Shown here piece after piece: positions 25,214 to 38,980 of a stretch of DNA of 64,000 bases. The notes beneath the pieces are model-generated. The model did not search any database. It was not told the DNA's origin and worked only from the letters and a program-made list of their open reading frames with translations. Position 1 is the first letter of the stretch; every line of letters begins with the position of its first letter. Both the position numbers and the translations under genes were made by a program. The stretch comes from the human T2T-CHM13v2.0 reference genome, Homo sapiens, in the NCBI RefSeq assembly GCF_009914755.1, contig NC_060935.1. One strand, 5' to 3'.

Positions 25214-27010
25214 TCTCGTAAATTCCTAAGGAAGGCCTCATAGGAACAGTATTCTCTGAATTCTTGCATGTTGACAGCAGTTTTAAGGCCTTTATACTTG
25301 AAAATTGGCTTGATTAAATATAAATTATTGGGTCACAGCATCTTTAATATGTCACTTATAGTTTTACTGGCAATATGATTTTCTTTTCCTTAAAAATAAT
25401 TTGATGGCCAGGCATGGTGGCTCACGCCTGTAATCCCAGCACTTTGGGAGGCTGAGGCAGGTGGATCACGAGGTCAGGAGTTTGAGACTAGCCTGGCCAA
25501 CATAGTGAAAACCTGTCTCTACTAAAAATACAAAAAAATAGCTGAGCCTGATGGTGGGTGCCTATAATTCCAGCTACTTGGGAGGCCGAGGCAGGAGAAT
25601 CTCTTGAACCCACGAGGCGGAGGTTGCAGTGATCATGCCACTGCACTCCAGCCCGGGCAACAGTGTGAGACTCCATCTCAACAAAAAAAAGTAATTTGAT
25701 GTTTTTACCTGGATTTTGAATTTGTGTTGTTGTTGTTTAAAGTCTAGTAATTTCATAGACTATGTCTTGATATTGATTGTTCTGGGACAGATTTTTCTGG
25801 GAGGATATGATTTGTTTTAGGGAACAGCTTTAAATTTTTTTCAGAAAATGTTTCTGGAATCATATTTTTTAGTATCTATTCTGTTCCTTTGCTTTGGGCT
25901 TCTTCTTTTGAGGACTCCTGTTAAGTATATCTTAAGTCTTCTTTGCCGGTCCTCTTGTTACTTTCTCTCAAATCGTTTCTATTGATTTCTTTTAAATTCT
26001 TCTCCCTCTTATCTCCTAGTTACGTTTATTTGATCTTGCATTCCTTCTAATTTATTCTTTGTTTAAGGAGTTTTTAAATTTTTTTCTTTTCTTAATACAT
26101 CAGTCCATTTTTGAGTTTCTAATTCTGATGTAGGTTATTCTTTTACATATTGGACCATTTTGATGAAGACTTTTGGATTCATTAGAAGTGGTTATAAAAA
26201 AAAACAGAAGGTAGAAAAAATAATATTTTATCTTTTTTATTGGGGGTGGCCTGTCTTTCTGACATGTACTGCCTGTCTGTAGGTATGCTATTTTTCTACT
26301 TATCCTGGGTTTTTCTCTTAAAATAATTTTGAGTTTAAACCTTGATTTTGTTGTTGTTGTTTTTGTTGTTGTTGTTGCTAATTTTACGTTAAACTTGTTT
26401 TCCTTAACTATTAAAAGGAGACATGATTCAGAAACCTTTTTAAATTCATGGTTTTAAGCTATGTTTCAAAACTGGCTAACAACTTTCTAAGACCTTCTAG
26501 TTCGTCTCCTTCACTTTATCAGGACCTTGTTTTTTTCTTTGTCTACATTTTTCCTATACTACTCAATATGCACTCTTCTCAGAAGGAAGGTCATGGAAGG
26601 GAGATTTATCTGGTTTGTTTCTAGAATTCATGAATTCCAGACTATTCAGATCCCTTATCATGGACCTTATGTACTCAGCTATATTGGAATGTAGAAATCC
26701 CCTCCGAAGTTTAACCGCCATTCTCACATTGCCCCACTGCACTGTCCAGTAAACACCTGTTAGTGATTTGGGAATGTTTTAGATCCATCATGTACCCAGT
26801 TGCTTCTCTCTGCTTTCTCCTACACAGTTGCCAATATCATATAGGTCTTCTGGCTTTGAAAGGTTTGTCTCTATCCCCTCCTATTTCCTGGTTCATGGGA
26901 ATATCTTATCACTGAATTTTTGTTTAGATGTTGTCATTGAATTCTTGAATTTTCACTCTAGATGTTGTATAGGGAGAATTCAGAGAGATTCTTTTAAATA
27001 ATTTCACCAC
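24800..27010 (-). mobile_element. Ancient L1ME/HAL1-type element, interrupted by an Alu
   Basis: L1ME-like 3' end at 24800-24960 followed by T-rich antisense ORF1-like sequence; heavily decayed. Confidence 0.5.
25406..25690 (+). mobile_element. AluS (AluSg-like)
   Basis: GGCCAGGCATGGTGGCTCACGCC through the A tail; GATCACGAGGTCAGGAGTTTGAG; TSD aaaa(a/g)taatttgat at 25392-25405 and 25687-25700. Confidence 0.95.
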
Positions 27011-27168
27011 TATCATTTAAACCTCTCTCTTTACTTTATATCTTTAGGTCTTGTGGAGATTTTCGTATTAGTTTAATGGATTGAGTAAGAGCTATTCTAG
27101 ATATCGGAAAGGTTATCTTCGTTTCTCTAGTTTGTGTTTGGGGTACTAATTTTCACCTTAAAAAAATG

Positions 27169-29860
<2,692 letters not shown>

Positions 29861-30220
29861 TGTTGAGAATGACACAAATGGCTCAGTGGAAATACTTATA
29901 TTTGTTTAAAACAGCATCTATGATAAAAGCAGGATAATTTGCAGAGTTTCAGACACTCACCCCAGCACAACAGTAAACAAGTCTATACCATTGGATTAAG
30001 ATATTATGTTGAGCTTGCCTCTTCAGTTTTAAAATAATCTGGTCCCATACCTCTACTTCAGTCACAGCCATTCTCAGTAATCTGCTTGAGTTGTTGCCTT
30101 ACTTGGAATAGCATTAGAATCTGTCTCTAATGAGGGGTGCATGTAAGTACACCTTCATCTCACCAAGGCCTCACCACTAGGCTTTTAAAAAAGTTCCTTC
30201 ATGACCAATGAATCACATTT

Positions 30221-30308
30221 GCACCTGTTTCTCCCATCCAAGTACTAACCAGGCCTAATCCTGCTTAGCTGCAAGATCAGGCAAGTCCAGGGTTATATGG
30301 CTGCAAAT
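30221..30308 (-). pseudogene. 5S rRNA pseudogene with internal deletions
   Basis: tctcccatccaagtactaaccaggcc..ctgcttagct..agatcag...cagggt..tatggc is the reverse complement of 5S rRNA; the 26-nt core matches exactly. Confidence 0.88.
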
Positions 30309-30625
30309 ATGTTTGCATTTTATTTCTGCTGTGTTTTCTTGGAGAGTTGGATTTGGGATGCATAAGTAAGAACTTAGTGTCCTCAACAATAAGTAGCAGC
30401 TTTCTTGGCATGATTCATTTCTATGACAAGGTAGAAAGGTAAAGCAGATGACATTTCTAAGATTTTTCCAGACTTGTGCTATGACCATTAGGAGAATGTT
30501 TTATGATTGGAATTGGTGAGCTCCTTTCATGGGATTTATCATAATATGTGAAGATAGACTTTTAGGCTACACATCCCATACTGTGCCTAAGACACTCTAG
30601 GGCTAATAAATGTTTTATTATTCCC

Positions 30626-30915
30626 TGCCAGTTAGCTCAGAGGGCCAGAGAACTGCTCTGATGAAGCCAAGTCACAGACCCCCATCCCTGTAGAGGCCAG
30701 TGAATGTCAAAGAAAAGATCTGTTCTCTGGCTAATGCTTACACCTTGCATCTCAACCAGTTTTTGGCTAGAGTAAAATTCTGTCAGTTTACCCTTGATCA
30801 TAGAAAGAACCAGGAAAAAGAATGTAGGTGAATCAATGCAAAACCATCACCACTCTTGAAAAATAATTCAAATAGTCATTTCCTATTGATCGTGCAAACC
30901 GCAGCATTTTCTTAG
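30626..30915 (+). mobile_element. MamSINE1-like tRNA-derived ancient SINE
   Basis: tRNA-like head gccagttagctcagagggccagagaac and body gaatcaatgcaaaaccatcaccactcttgaaaaataattcaaa. Confidence 0.7.
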
Positions 30916-32539
30916 AAGATATTATGCATTCTGCACCTTGATGAAATTACTTTTTTGATCTCCTTAAATCTCTTCTCATATGTTGATTATTTTTCAAATG
31001 CCAGTGTTGACAATCGTCTGGATCCATATTTTGTATGGTCTATGGAGTGACATGAACTTCATAGAGAACATGTATTTCTTGGCAACTCTCACTGCAATAT
31101 AATGGATTGTCTGACACATATTTGAAATGAGTTGCAGCAGACTATAATACTCCATCTTTTTTCACTCAGCCTGTTTCCACATCATGGCCACATATGGATG
31201 GCTGCTTGACCCTTAGTGAAAGATATATCAAGTGTTCCACCCTAATTTTAAATGAGAAAAATAGAGCAAAATAGCCAATTTTATCCTCAATCCCAGGGAA
31301 CAGGTGAGAAACTCTTTTTCTCATTAAGAAAAATATCCCCACATGTGAGAAGAGATTATAGATTGTATTTCCACTCTCCTCCTGCCACTGCCACCCTACT
31401 AATACCCTTTACCGTATACCGTATGAAAATGAAAGCTCATAAAAGTCACCCCTTCCCTGTTTACACTCATTCAGTCAAAATTTATTGGTTCCCTGCTTTA
31501 GAATTGGCACTGGTTTCGTTGATGGTAGGAGATCAAAAGTATTTGTTGTACTCTAAGAGAGTTTACAGTCCAGAAGAGGAAGCGGAATTCTGTATTTGTG
31601 TATTTAAATGAGCTTAGACTTACAATAGCTCTTTAAAAATTATAACCATCTTCATAAAACACCTAACATATTCAAATCTAATAAATGAGATGAATAAAAC
31701 ATGCTTATGAGAGTTCTGACTGTAGGAGTAAATATTGGGTAATCAGGAGAATGAGAGGAAGGAAAAGTCCTATGGGGCATCTCCTGTGTGTCAGACATAG
31801 ACCTTTCTTATTTGTTACAAGTTTTTGAAATACATTATTGTTCTATTTTCCAAATATATAAATTGAGGCTTAGAAATAATAGACAGATTGTCCAAGATTA
31901 TATAGTTATGAATTAGAAACCAAGGCTTTGAAGCCAGTACCGTTTGAACCTAAAGACCAAGACTTTTTCTAGATTTGAGATTATGAAATAGTTGGAACCT
32001 GAGCTAGATTTTCATTAATGGGTACAGAGATGGGGAAAAGAACAGAAAAAACTGACAGAAAAAAGAAACCAGAAAAAAAGGCAGGAAAGTGTGTAGTGCT
32101 AAAATTAACATGATTAGAATAAATGACTCAAATATGGCAATAGTTGGCAAGGTTAGAAAATTGCATTGGGTCTTTGAATTCTAGATCAGCAGCGCTGAAT
32201 TCTATCCTTCTGGGACTGAAGAATCAGTAAGAGCTTCTGACAGAGAAATGGCAAAATGAACATGAAACACTAGGGAGGTTTTCCTGGTTGTAGTACATAG
32301 TGTATGGGGGAATACCAGAGGCAGGGTAGAATACCAGACTAGAGTGACTTTCTAGGAAGCTAAAATATCCAGACCAAGGGTCTTATTTTGTGTGCTCATT
32401 TGTCCATATGTGAATGGAGATTTTATAAAAAGCACTTATTTAAAAGTTTTTTAAATTAGGTGAAGCAAACTTCTTCCTCCACCAGATAATAAATTTTTAT
32501 ATAGTGAATCTTAATAAATAGGACCTCCCCCACCTGGTT

Positions 32540-33330
32540 TCTGAACCTGAAAACCTTGGCATCATTCTGGACTCCATTTCTCTCATATCCTACATCCAAT
32601 TTATCAGAGAATCCTGATAACTCTACCTTTCAAGTTCAAATCCAATCATTCTCTCCTATGCATGTAGCCATAGTTAGGAGAGAACCATCATGATTCTCAT
32701 GTTTAGGAGAGAATTGGTTACCATCATCTCTCCCTCCTCCTACCTTTTTCCCAGTACCATCTACCCCTTACTCAGTGGCTAGAGCAATTCTTTGAAACTA
32801 CAATTCCAATGAATAATTTACATAATGGAAAACTTCAGTGGCTTCCCATCACATGTAAAGCAAAATCTCAAATCTTCATCCTAGTCCCCAAAGCCCTTCA
32901 GAAACTGGCTTCTGTCTGTGCATCTGATGCATTTCCCACTCTTGATCCCCTGGTGGCTCTGTCCCAACCATGCTGACCTTGTTCTGCCCTTGTTCTTCCA
33001 CAAATACACTAAACATACTCCGAACTCAAAACCTTTTCACTTTGGGTTCTGCCTAAAATACATCTCCCAGAAATTCACATTTCTCCTTCCCTTATTTTGT
33101 TTGGGTTTCTGTGGGGAAAATGCCACCTATTCATAGAGCACTTCCCACAGCATCATCTCTGTAATAATACTTCTCTGACCCCATTCCTTATCTCTTTACC
33201 TTGCTTCATTTTCTTTGTAGAACCTATCTCTATTAAATTTAATAATTACTATTTTGTCTTTTTGTTCCCTGCTGTATCTCTGATGCTAAATCAATGACTG
33301 AAATAGGTGTTCAGTGTTTATTTATTCAAA
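32540..33330 (+). mobile_element. L2 3' region
   Basis: catcattctggactccatttctctcatatcctacatccaa and aaacttcagtggcttcccatc motifs of the L2 3' region. Confidence 0.7.
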
Positions 33331-33630
33331 GATAATTTGATGTATATGAATATATATTAATAGACATTATAACAGCAATCAAATGGCATGTATATATAGT
33401 GAACATTTTTCAAGCCATATTTGGTTTATTTTTAAACATGGCCTCCTTTCAATTACCCATTGTCTGGATCTTCCAAGGGTAATAGCTTACAAAGTCTGAA
33501 TAATGGTTTATTTTCTTGCTACAGAGTTGCAAGTAACCTTAGTTCTTTTTTTAATTCACTTTTTTTTAACTTTTAAGCTAAGGTATTTTTAATTTAGGTA
33601 AAATTTACATAACAATAAAATTAATCATTT

Positions 33631-34005
33631 TGTGGTACATAGACACCATGGAATACTACACAACCATATAAAAGAACAAAATCACAGCCTTTGCAGCAAC
33701 ATGGATGCAGCTGGAGGCCATTATTGTCAGCAAATTAATACCTGAACAGAAAACCAAATACTACATGTTCTCACAAGTGGGAGCTAAACATTGGGTACTC
33801 ATGGACATAAAGATGGCAAAAATAGACACTAGGAACTACTAGAGTGGGGAAGGAGGGAACGGGAAAGGGCTGAAAAATTACCCATTGGGTACTATGCTCA
33901 GTATCTGGGGATGGGATCAATCTTACCCCAAACCTCAGGATCATGCAATATATCCATCTAACAAGTCTGCACATGTACCCCCAAAAATTAAAAGCTGAAA
34001 TTATT
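33631..34005 (+). mobile_element. L1PB-type 3' end inserted into an older minus-strand L1M 3' end (33545-34180)
   Basis: gtggtacatagacaccatggaatac...gatggcaaaaatagacactagg...gcacatgtacccc. Confidence 0.85.
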
Positions 34006-34040
34006 TTTTATTACCATTTTAAAGTGTAATTAGTTTTATT

Positions 34041-34164
34041 TACTATATTCTGTTGTGTGTCATTTAGTACATTCACAATTTTGTGCAAATACCACCTTTA
34101 TCTACTATATTCTGTTGTGTGTCATTTAGTACATTCACAATTTTGTGCAAATACCACCTTTATC
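34041..34164. repeat. Perfect 62-bp tandem duplication
   Basis: tactatattctgttgtgtgtcatttagtacattcacaattttgtgcaaataccacctttatc at 34041-34102 and 34103-34164, identical. Confidence 0.97.
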
Positions 34165-34951
34165 TAGTTTAATACTTTTTCATAAATAATATTTTCTAAA
34201 CTATTCAATTTGGAATGATAGGAAACAAATTTGTTATATTACAAATGGTAAATAAAGAGAAAGAATCAAATGTTTATCTCATCATCCCTCTGTAAGCTGT
34301 TATACTGAGTAATCAAATAGTGGATGAGGGGAAGTGGCTCCCTTTAAAAGTATTCTGAGTGATAAATCTTTTTAAAAAGAGTATCAGTTTGGTATTTCAT
34401 TGTTTGAAATCCTTGACGAATTAATGGATATAGCCATTGAACATGAACATGTACAAACATCAAAAAAGAAAGACAGCCAGGCGTTATGTGTCTGGCAATA
34501 CAAGAACATAATGCCATCTGTGGCTTTGCCAAAGAGAAAGAATAGACACTGTCTAAGCCTCTGCATTTTGCTGCCAGTTTCCCAGAAACTGCACCATGAG
34601 TATGTACTCAATGAAGTCCAGACTGTGGGAAACTCTATAGGTCAAATTCCCTAGTTCTTCAACAATTGTAAGGAGCACAGCTTGAAGGAAAAACTTGAAG
34701 ATTAATAGACTTAAAGCATATAGCAGTTGTTATTAATGAGCAAGTTTAAACACAGTGTCCTTGGATGAACATTTGGTTGATAAAATTGTAAAGAAAAGCA
34801 AGGAAATGATAGCTATAGAAGTCACAGTCATAGTTACTTTGGAGAAGACAGAAGTGTCTGTGACTGTGACAGGGCACACGTAGGTGCCTAAAGTTTTATT
34901 TATTGACCTGAGCAATAGTTTCAAGAGTGTAATTTAAAAATTGAGTTTCTC

Positions 34952-36320
34952 AGATAAATACACAAATGGAACAGAATAGGGACCCCAGAAATAATGCCAC
35001 ACACCTACAACCCTCTGATTTTCAACAAAGTGGACAAAAACAAGAAATGGGGAAAGGACTCCTTATTCAATAAATGGTTCTGGGATAACTGGATAGCCAT
35101 AAGAAGAAGATTGAAATGGGATACCTTCCTTAAACCACATACAAAATTCAACTCAAGATGAATTAAAGACTTAAACGTAAAACCTAAAACTATACAAACT
35201 TTGGAATATAACCTAGGAAATACCATTCTAGACATAGGACCTGGCAATGATTTCATGATGACTATAACAAAAACAATTGCAACAAAAACAAAAATTGACA
35301 AATAGGACCTAATTCAACTAAAGAGCTTCTACACAGCAAAAGAAACTAACAACAAAGTGAACAGACAACATATAGAATGGAATAAAATATTTGCAAAGTA
35401 TGTATCTGACCAAAGTCTAATATCCAGAATCTATAAGGAACTTAAATTTACAAGCAAAAAACAAACAACCCCATTAATAAGTGGGCAAAAAACATGAACA
35501 GACACTTTTCAAAAGAAGACGTATACACAGCCAACAAGCATATGAAAAAGTGCTTAACACCACTAATCATTAGAAAAATGCAAATCAAAACCACAATGAA
35601 ATACTATCTCATACCAGTCAGAATGGCTATTATAAAAAGTTAAAAAATAACAGATGCTGGTGAGGTTGTGGAGACAAGGGAGCACTTATACACTGCTGGT
35701 GGGAATGTAAATCAGTCCAGCCATTGTGGAAAGCAGTTTGGCAATTTCTCAAAGACCTTAAAAACATTATCATTTGACCCAGCAATGCCACTATTGAGTG
35801 TATACCCAAAGGAATATAAATTGTTCTACTATAAAGAACATGTATGCACGCATATGTTCATCACAACACTATTCTCAATAGCAAAGACATAGAATCAACC
35901 TAAATGTCCATCAGTGATATAATGAATAAAGAAAATATGGTACATATACACCATGGAATACTATACAGCTATATGAAACAACAAGATTATGTCCTTTGTA
36001 GCACCATGGATGGAGCCAGATGCCATTATCCTAAGCAAACTAACACAGGAACAGAAAACCCAATACAGCATGTTTTCACTTACAAGTGAGAGCTAAACAT
36101 TGAGTACACATGGGCACAAAGAAGGGAACACTAGACACCTGGGCCTTTGTGAGGGTGGAGGTTGGGAAGACGGTGAGGATCAAGAAAATCACCTACTGGC
36201 TACTATATATATTACCTGAGTGACAAAAATACTCTGTACATAAACCCCTGTGACATGCAATTTACCTATATAACAAACTTGCACATGTACCCCTGAACCT
36301 AAAAGTAAAAAAAAAAAAAA
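34952..36320 (+). mobile_element. 5'-truncated L1PA13-16-type element (ORF2 end, 3' UTR, poly(A))
   Basis: L1 ORF2 C-terminal sequence ending gcacatgtacccctgaacctaaaagt plus an A tail; TSD aaaaat(tg/ca)agtttctc at 34936-34951 and 36316-36331. Confidence 0.92.
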
Positions 36321-36331
36321 TCAAGTTTCTC

Positions 36332-37650
36332 CCTAAGAGCAGAAACAAGACAAAAATGCTAGCTTTCACCATTGAGATTCAACATCGCACCAATATTTCC
36401 AGCCAGAGCGATTAGACAATAGAAATAAAGGCATCCAAGTGAGAAATAAAAAAGTAAATCTATCTCTATTCACAGATGGTATGATCTTACATATAATAAA
36501 TCCCATAAAATCCACCCAAAAAAAGCTACTAAAGCTAATGAATGAATTTAGCAAGTTGCAGGGTGCAAGATCAAACACAAAAATTGGTTGTCTTTATAAA
36601 CAGTAGCAATGAACAATCTGAAAAGGAAATCAACAGATCCATTTACAACAGCATCCAGAAGAATAAAATACTTAGGAATAAATTTAATCACAGGGGTAAA
36701 AGACTTTTATAGTACTTTATACTATAAAACATTGCTGACAGAAGTTAAAGAAAACCTAAAGAAATAGAATGGCATCCTGTATTCGTGGATTGGAAGGCAT
36801 AAAATTGTTAAGATGTCAATACTCCCCAAAGCAGTCTACAATCCCTACCAATATTTCAGTATCATTTTCTTGTTTTAGAAATGGAAAAGCCAGTATCAAA
36901 TTTATATGAAATTGTGAGGGCCTCCAAGTGGGCAAAACAATATTTAAAAAGAAGACTGAAATTAAAAGACTCATACTTCCTGATTTTGAAATTTAACTAC
37001 GAATCTACAGTAATCTAAGTAGTGTGATATTGGCATAAGGATAGACAAATAGATCAATGGAATAGAATTTTGAGAGTCCAGAAATAAACCCACACATCTA
37101 TGGCCAATCAATTATCAACAAGCATGCCAATATCATTCAATAGAGAAAGAACAACCTCTTTAACAAATTGTTCTGAGGCAACTGAATACCCCCATGCAAA
37201 GAATTAAATTGGACCCACAACTCATATGCAAAAATTAATTCAAAATGAACAAATTATCTAAATATAAGAGTTAAAGCCATAAAACTCTTAGAAGAAAACA
37301 TAGAGGTAAATCTTCATGGCTTTGGATTGGGCAGTGGATTCTTAGATATAACATTAAAAGCATGAGCTTACTATATAATTCCATTTATGGTAAATATCTA
37401 AAATAGGTAAATCCACAGAGACAGAAAGCAAATTAGTGATTGCCAAGGTCTTGGAGAAGGGTAGAATGGAAAGAAACTGCTTACTAAAATAAGAGGTTTT
37501 GATCTGGAGTAATATAAACGTTTTGAAACTAGCTATGTAGAGGTGGTGGTTGCCAACAGTGCGAATTTACTAAATGCCACTGAATTGTTCACTTTAAAGT
37601 GATTCATTTTCTGTTATGTGAACTTCACCTCAATAAATCACTTTTTAAAA
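36332..37650 (+). mobile_element. L1MB-type ORF2 and 3' UTR remnant with an internal deletion near 37367
   Basis: RT-region motif ctattcacagatggtatgatc, then a jump to 3' UTR tataattccatttatgg...aaatccacagagacagaaagc...cacctcaataaa. Confidence 0.8.
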
Positions 37651-37944
37651 TGCATTAACCCAGTAAAAAGATAACCTACAATTCCATATATACTTCTTTA
37701 TAAACTGTAGGATAGACTGATGTACTCTTTTGTTGAGAGGAGAGGAAAAATGAGGAGATGTTAATTCTGAAATAGTGACTTTAGGCAGAGAAAGGTCAGA
37801 TTCCTTGTCTCACTCATAGTCATTATGGTAATTATTTCAAAAAATGAAAAGTTTCCATTTCTCCCCACATATCAAATTCATTCTAATGCATTTCCTCTGG
37901 CTTAGTGACAACCTGTTTAAACATGTGTTTCTTGCATTTTACAG

Positions 37945-38050
37945 ACATACTTGGCAAGTGCAAGACAAAATCGATGCAAACAATGTGGCTTACACAACTG
38001 GGAAGCTAAGCTTTCACACTGATTATCCAGCCCTCCATCATCCACCTGGG
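37945..38050 (+). CDS. BBOX1: BBOX1 coding exon, 106 bp, about G178-G213, with the HxD iron-binding motif
   Basis: ttttacag|A CAT ACT TGG translates as HTWQVQDKIDANNVAYTTGKLSFHTDYPALHHPPG; donor GGG|gtaagt. His at 38015-38017 and Asp at 38021-38023; phase matches the previous exon. Confidence 0.97.
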
Positions 38051-38489
38051 GTAAGTGAGCTTCAACATATTTTCCACAAAGCATGATGATGACCAGTATC
38101 TTTTCGTATTTTGAGTCTAGAAGATTACACATTTCACCAGGTAGTTTGTCTTTTATAAATTTTTTCTCCAAACACAATCCAAGCTCACAAAATCTCTGTA
38201 CCTAAATCCTAAATATCTTCACATTCCTAAAGGAGAGGATAATTTCATTCATTTAAAACAACAACAACAACAACAAAAACATTTCTTTGTTCTTCCTAGA
38301 AATTACTATTAGCATTTTTTGCTTTGCCAAGACAGATTTTAAGGTAGGAGTAAATCTTAAGGTCTTTTTGCACATATATTTCTAAGAAAGTTAAGAGAGA
38401 AAATGAAATCAGTAAACAAAATGTAGGGTTTCCCTCAAAGTCACATGGGCATCATTCATATCCATTAACTACTGCTGCATTAAAACTCA

Positions 38490-38980
38490 TTCTACTATAA
38501 AGACACATGCACATGTATGTTTACTGCAGCACTGTTCACAATAGCAAAGATTTGGAACCAATCCAAATGCCCATCAATGACAGACTGGATAAAGAAAACG
38601 TGGCAGATATACGCCATAGAATACTATGCAGCCATAAGAAAGGATGAGTTCATGTCTTTTGCAGGGACATGGATGAAGATGGAAACCATCATTCTCAGCA
38701 AACTAACACAGGAACAGAAAATCAAACACCGCATGTTCTCGCCCATAAGTGGGAGTTGAACAATGAGAACACATGGACACAGAGAGAGGAACATCACACA
38801 CTGGGGCCTGTTGGGGGGGTTGGGAGGATAGGGGAGGGATAGCATTAGAAGAAATACCTGATGTAGATCACGGGTTGATAGATGCAGCAAACCACCATGG
38901 CACGTGTATATATATGTAACAAACCTGCACATTCTGCACATGTATCCCAGAACTTAAAGTATAACAAAAAAAAAAATAAT
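38490..38980 (+). mobile_element. L1PA7-like 3' end inserted in an MLT1 LTR (about 38455-38489 and 38981-39425)
   Basis: ORF 38517-38759 is the L1 ORF2 C-terminus, followed by a G-rich 3' UTR and A tail; aactca occurs on both sides; flanks join as an MLT1-like LTR. Confidence 0.9.

Noticed and set aside
30626-30700. Possible tRNA gene
   Set aside because: No intact B-box or cloverleaf; it is the head of an ancient SINE.
38803-38838. G-quadruplex-like run
   Set aside because: Standard G-rich tract of the L1PA 3' UTR, not specific to this locus.
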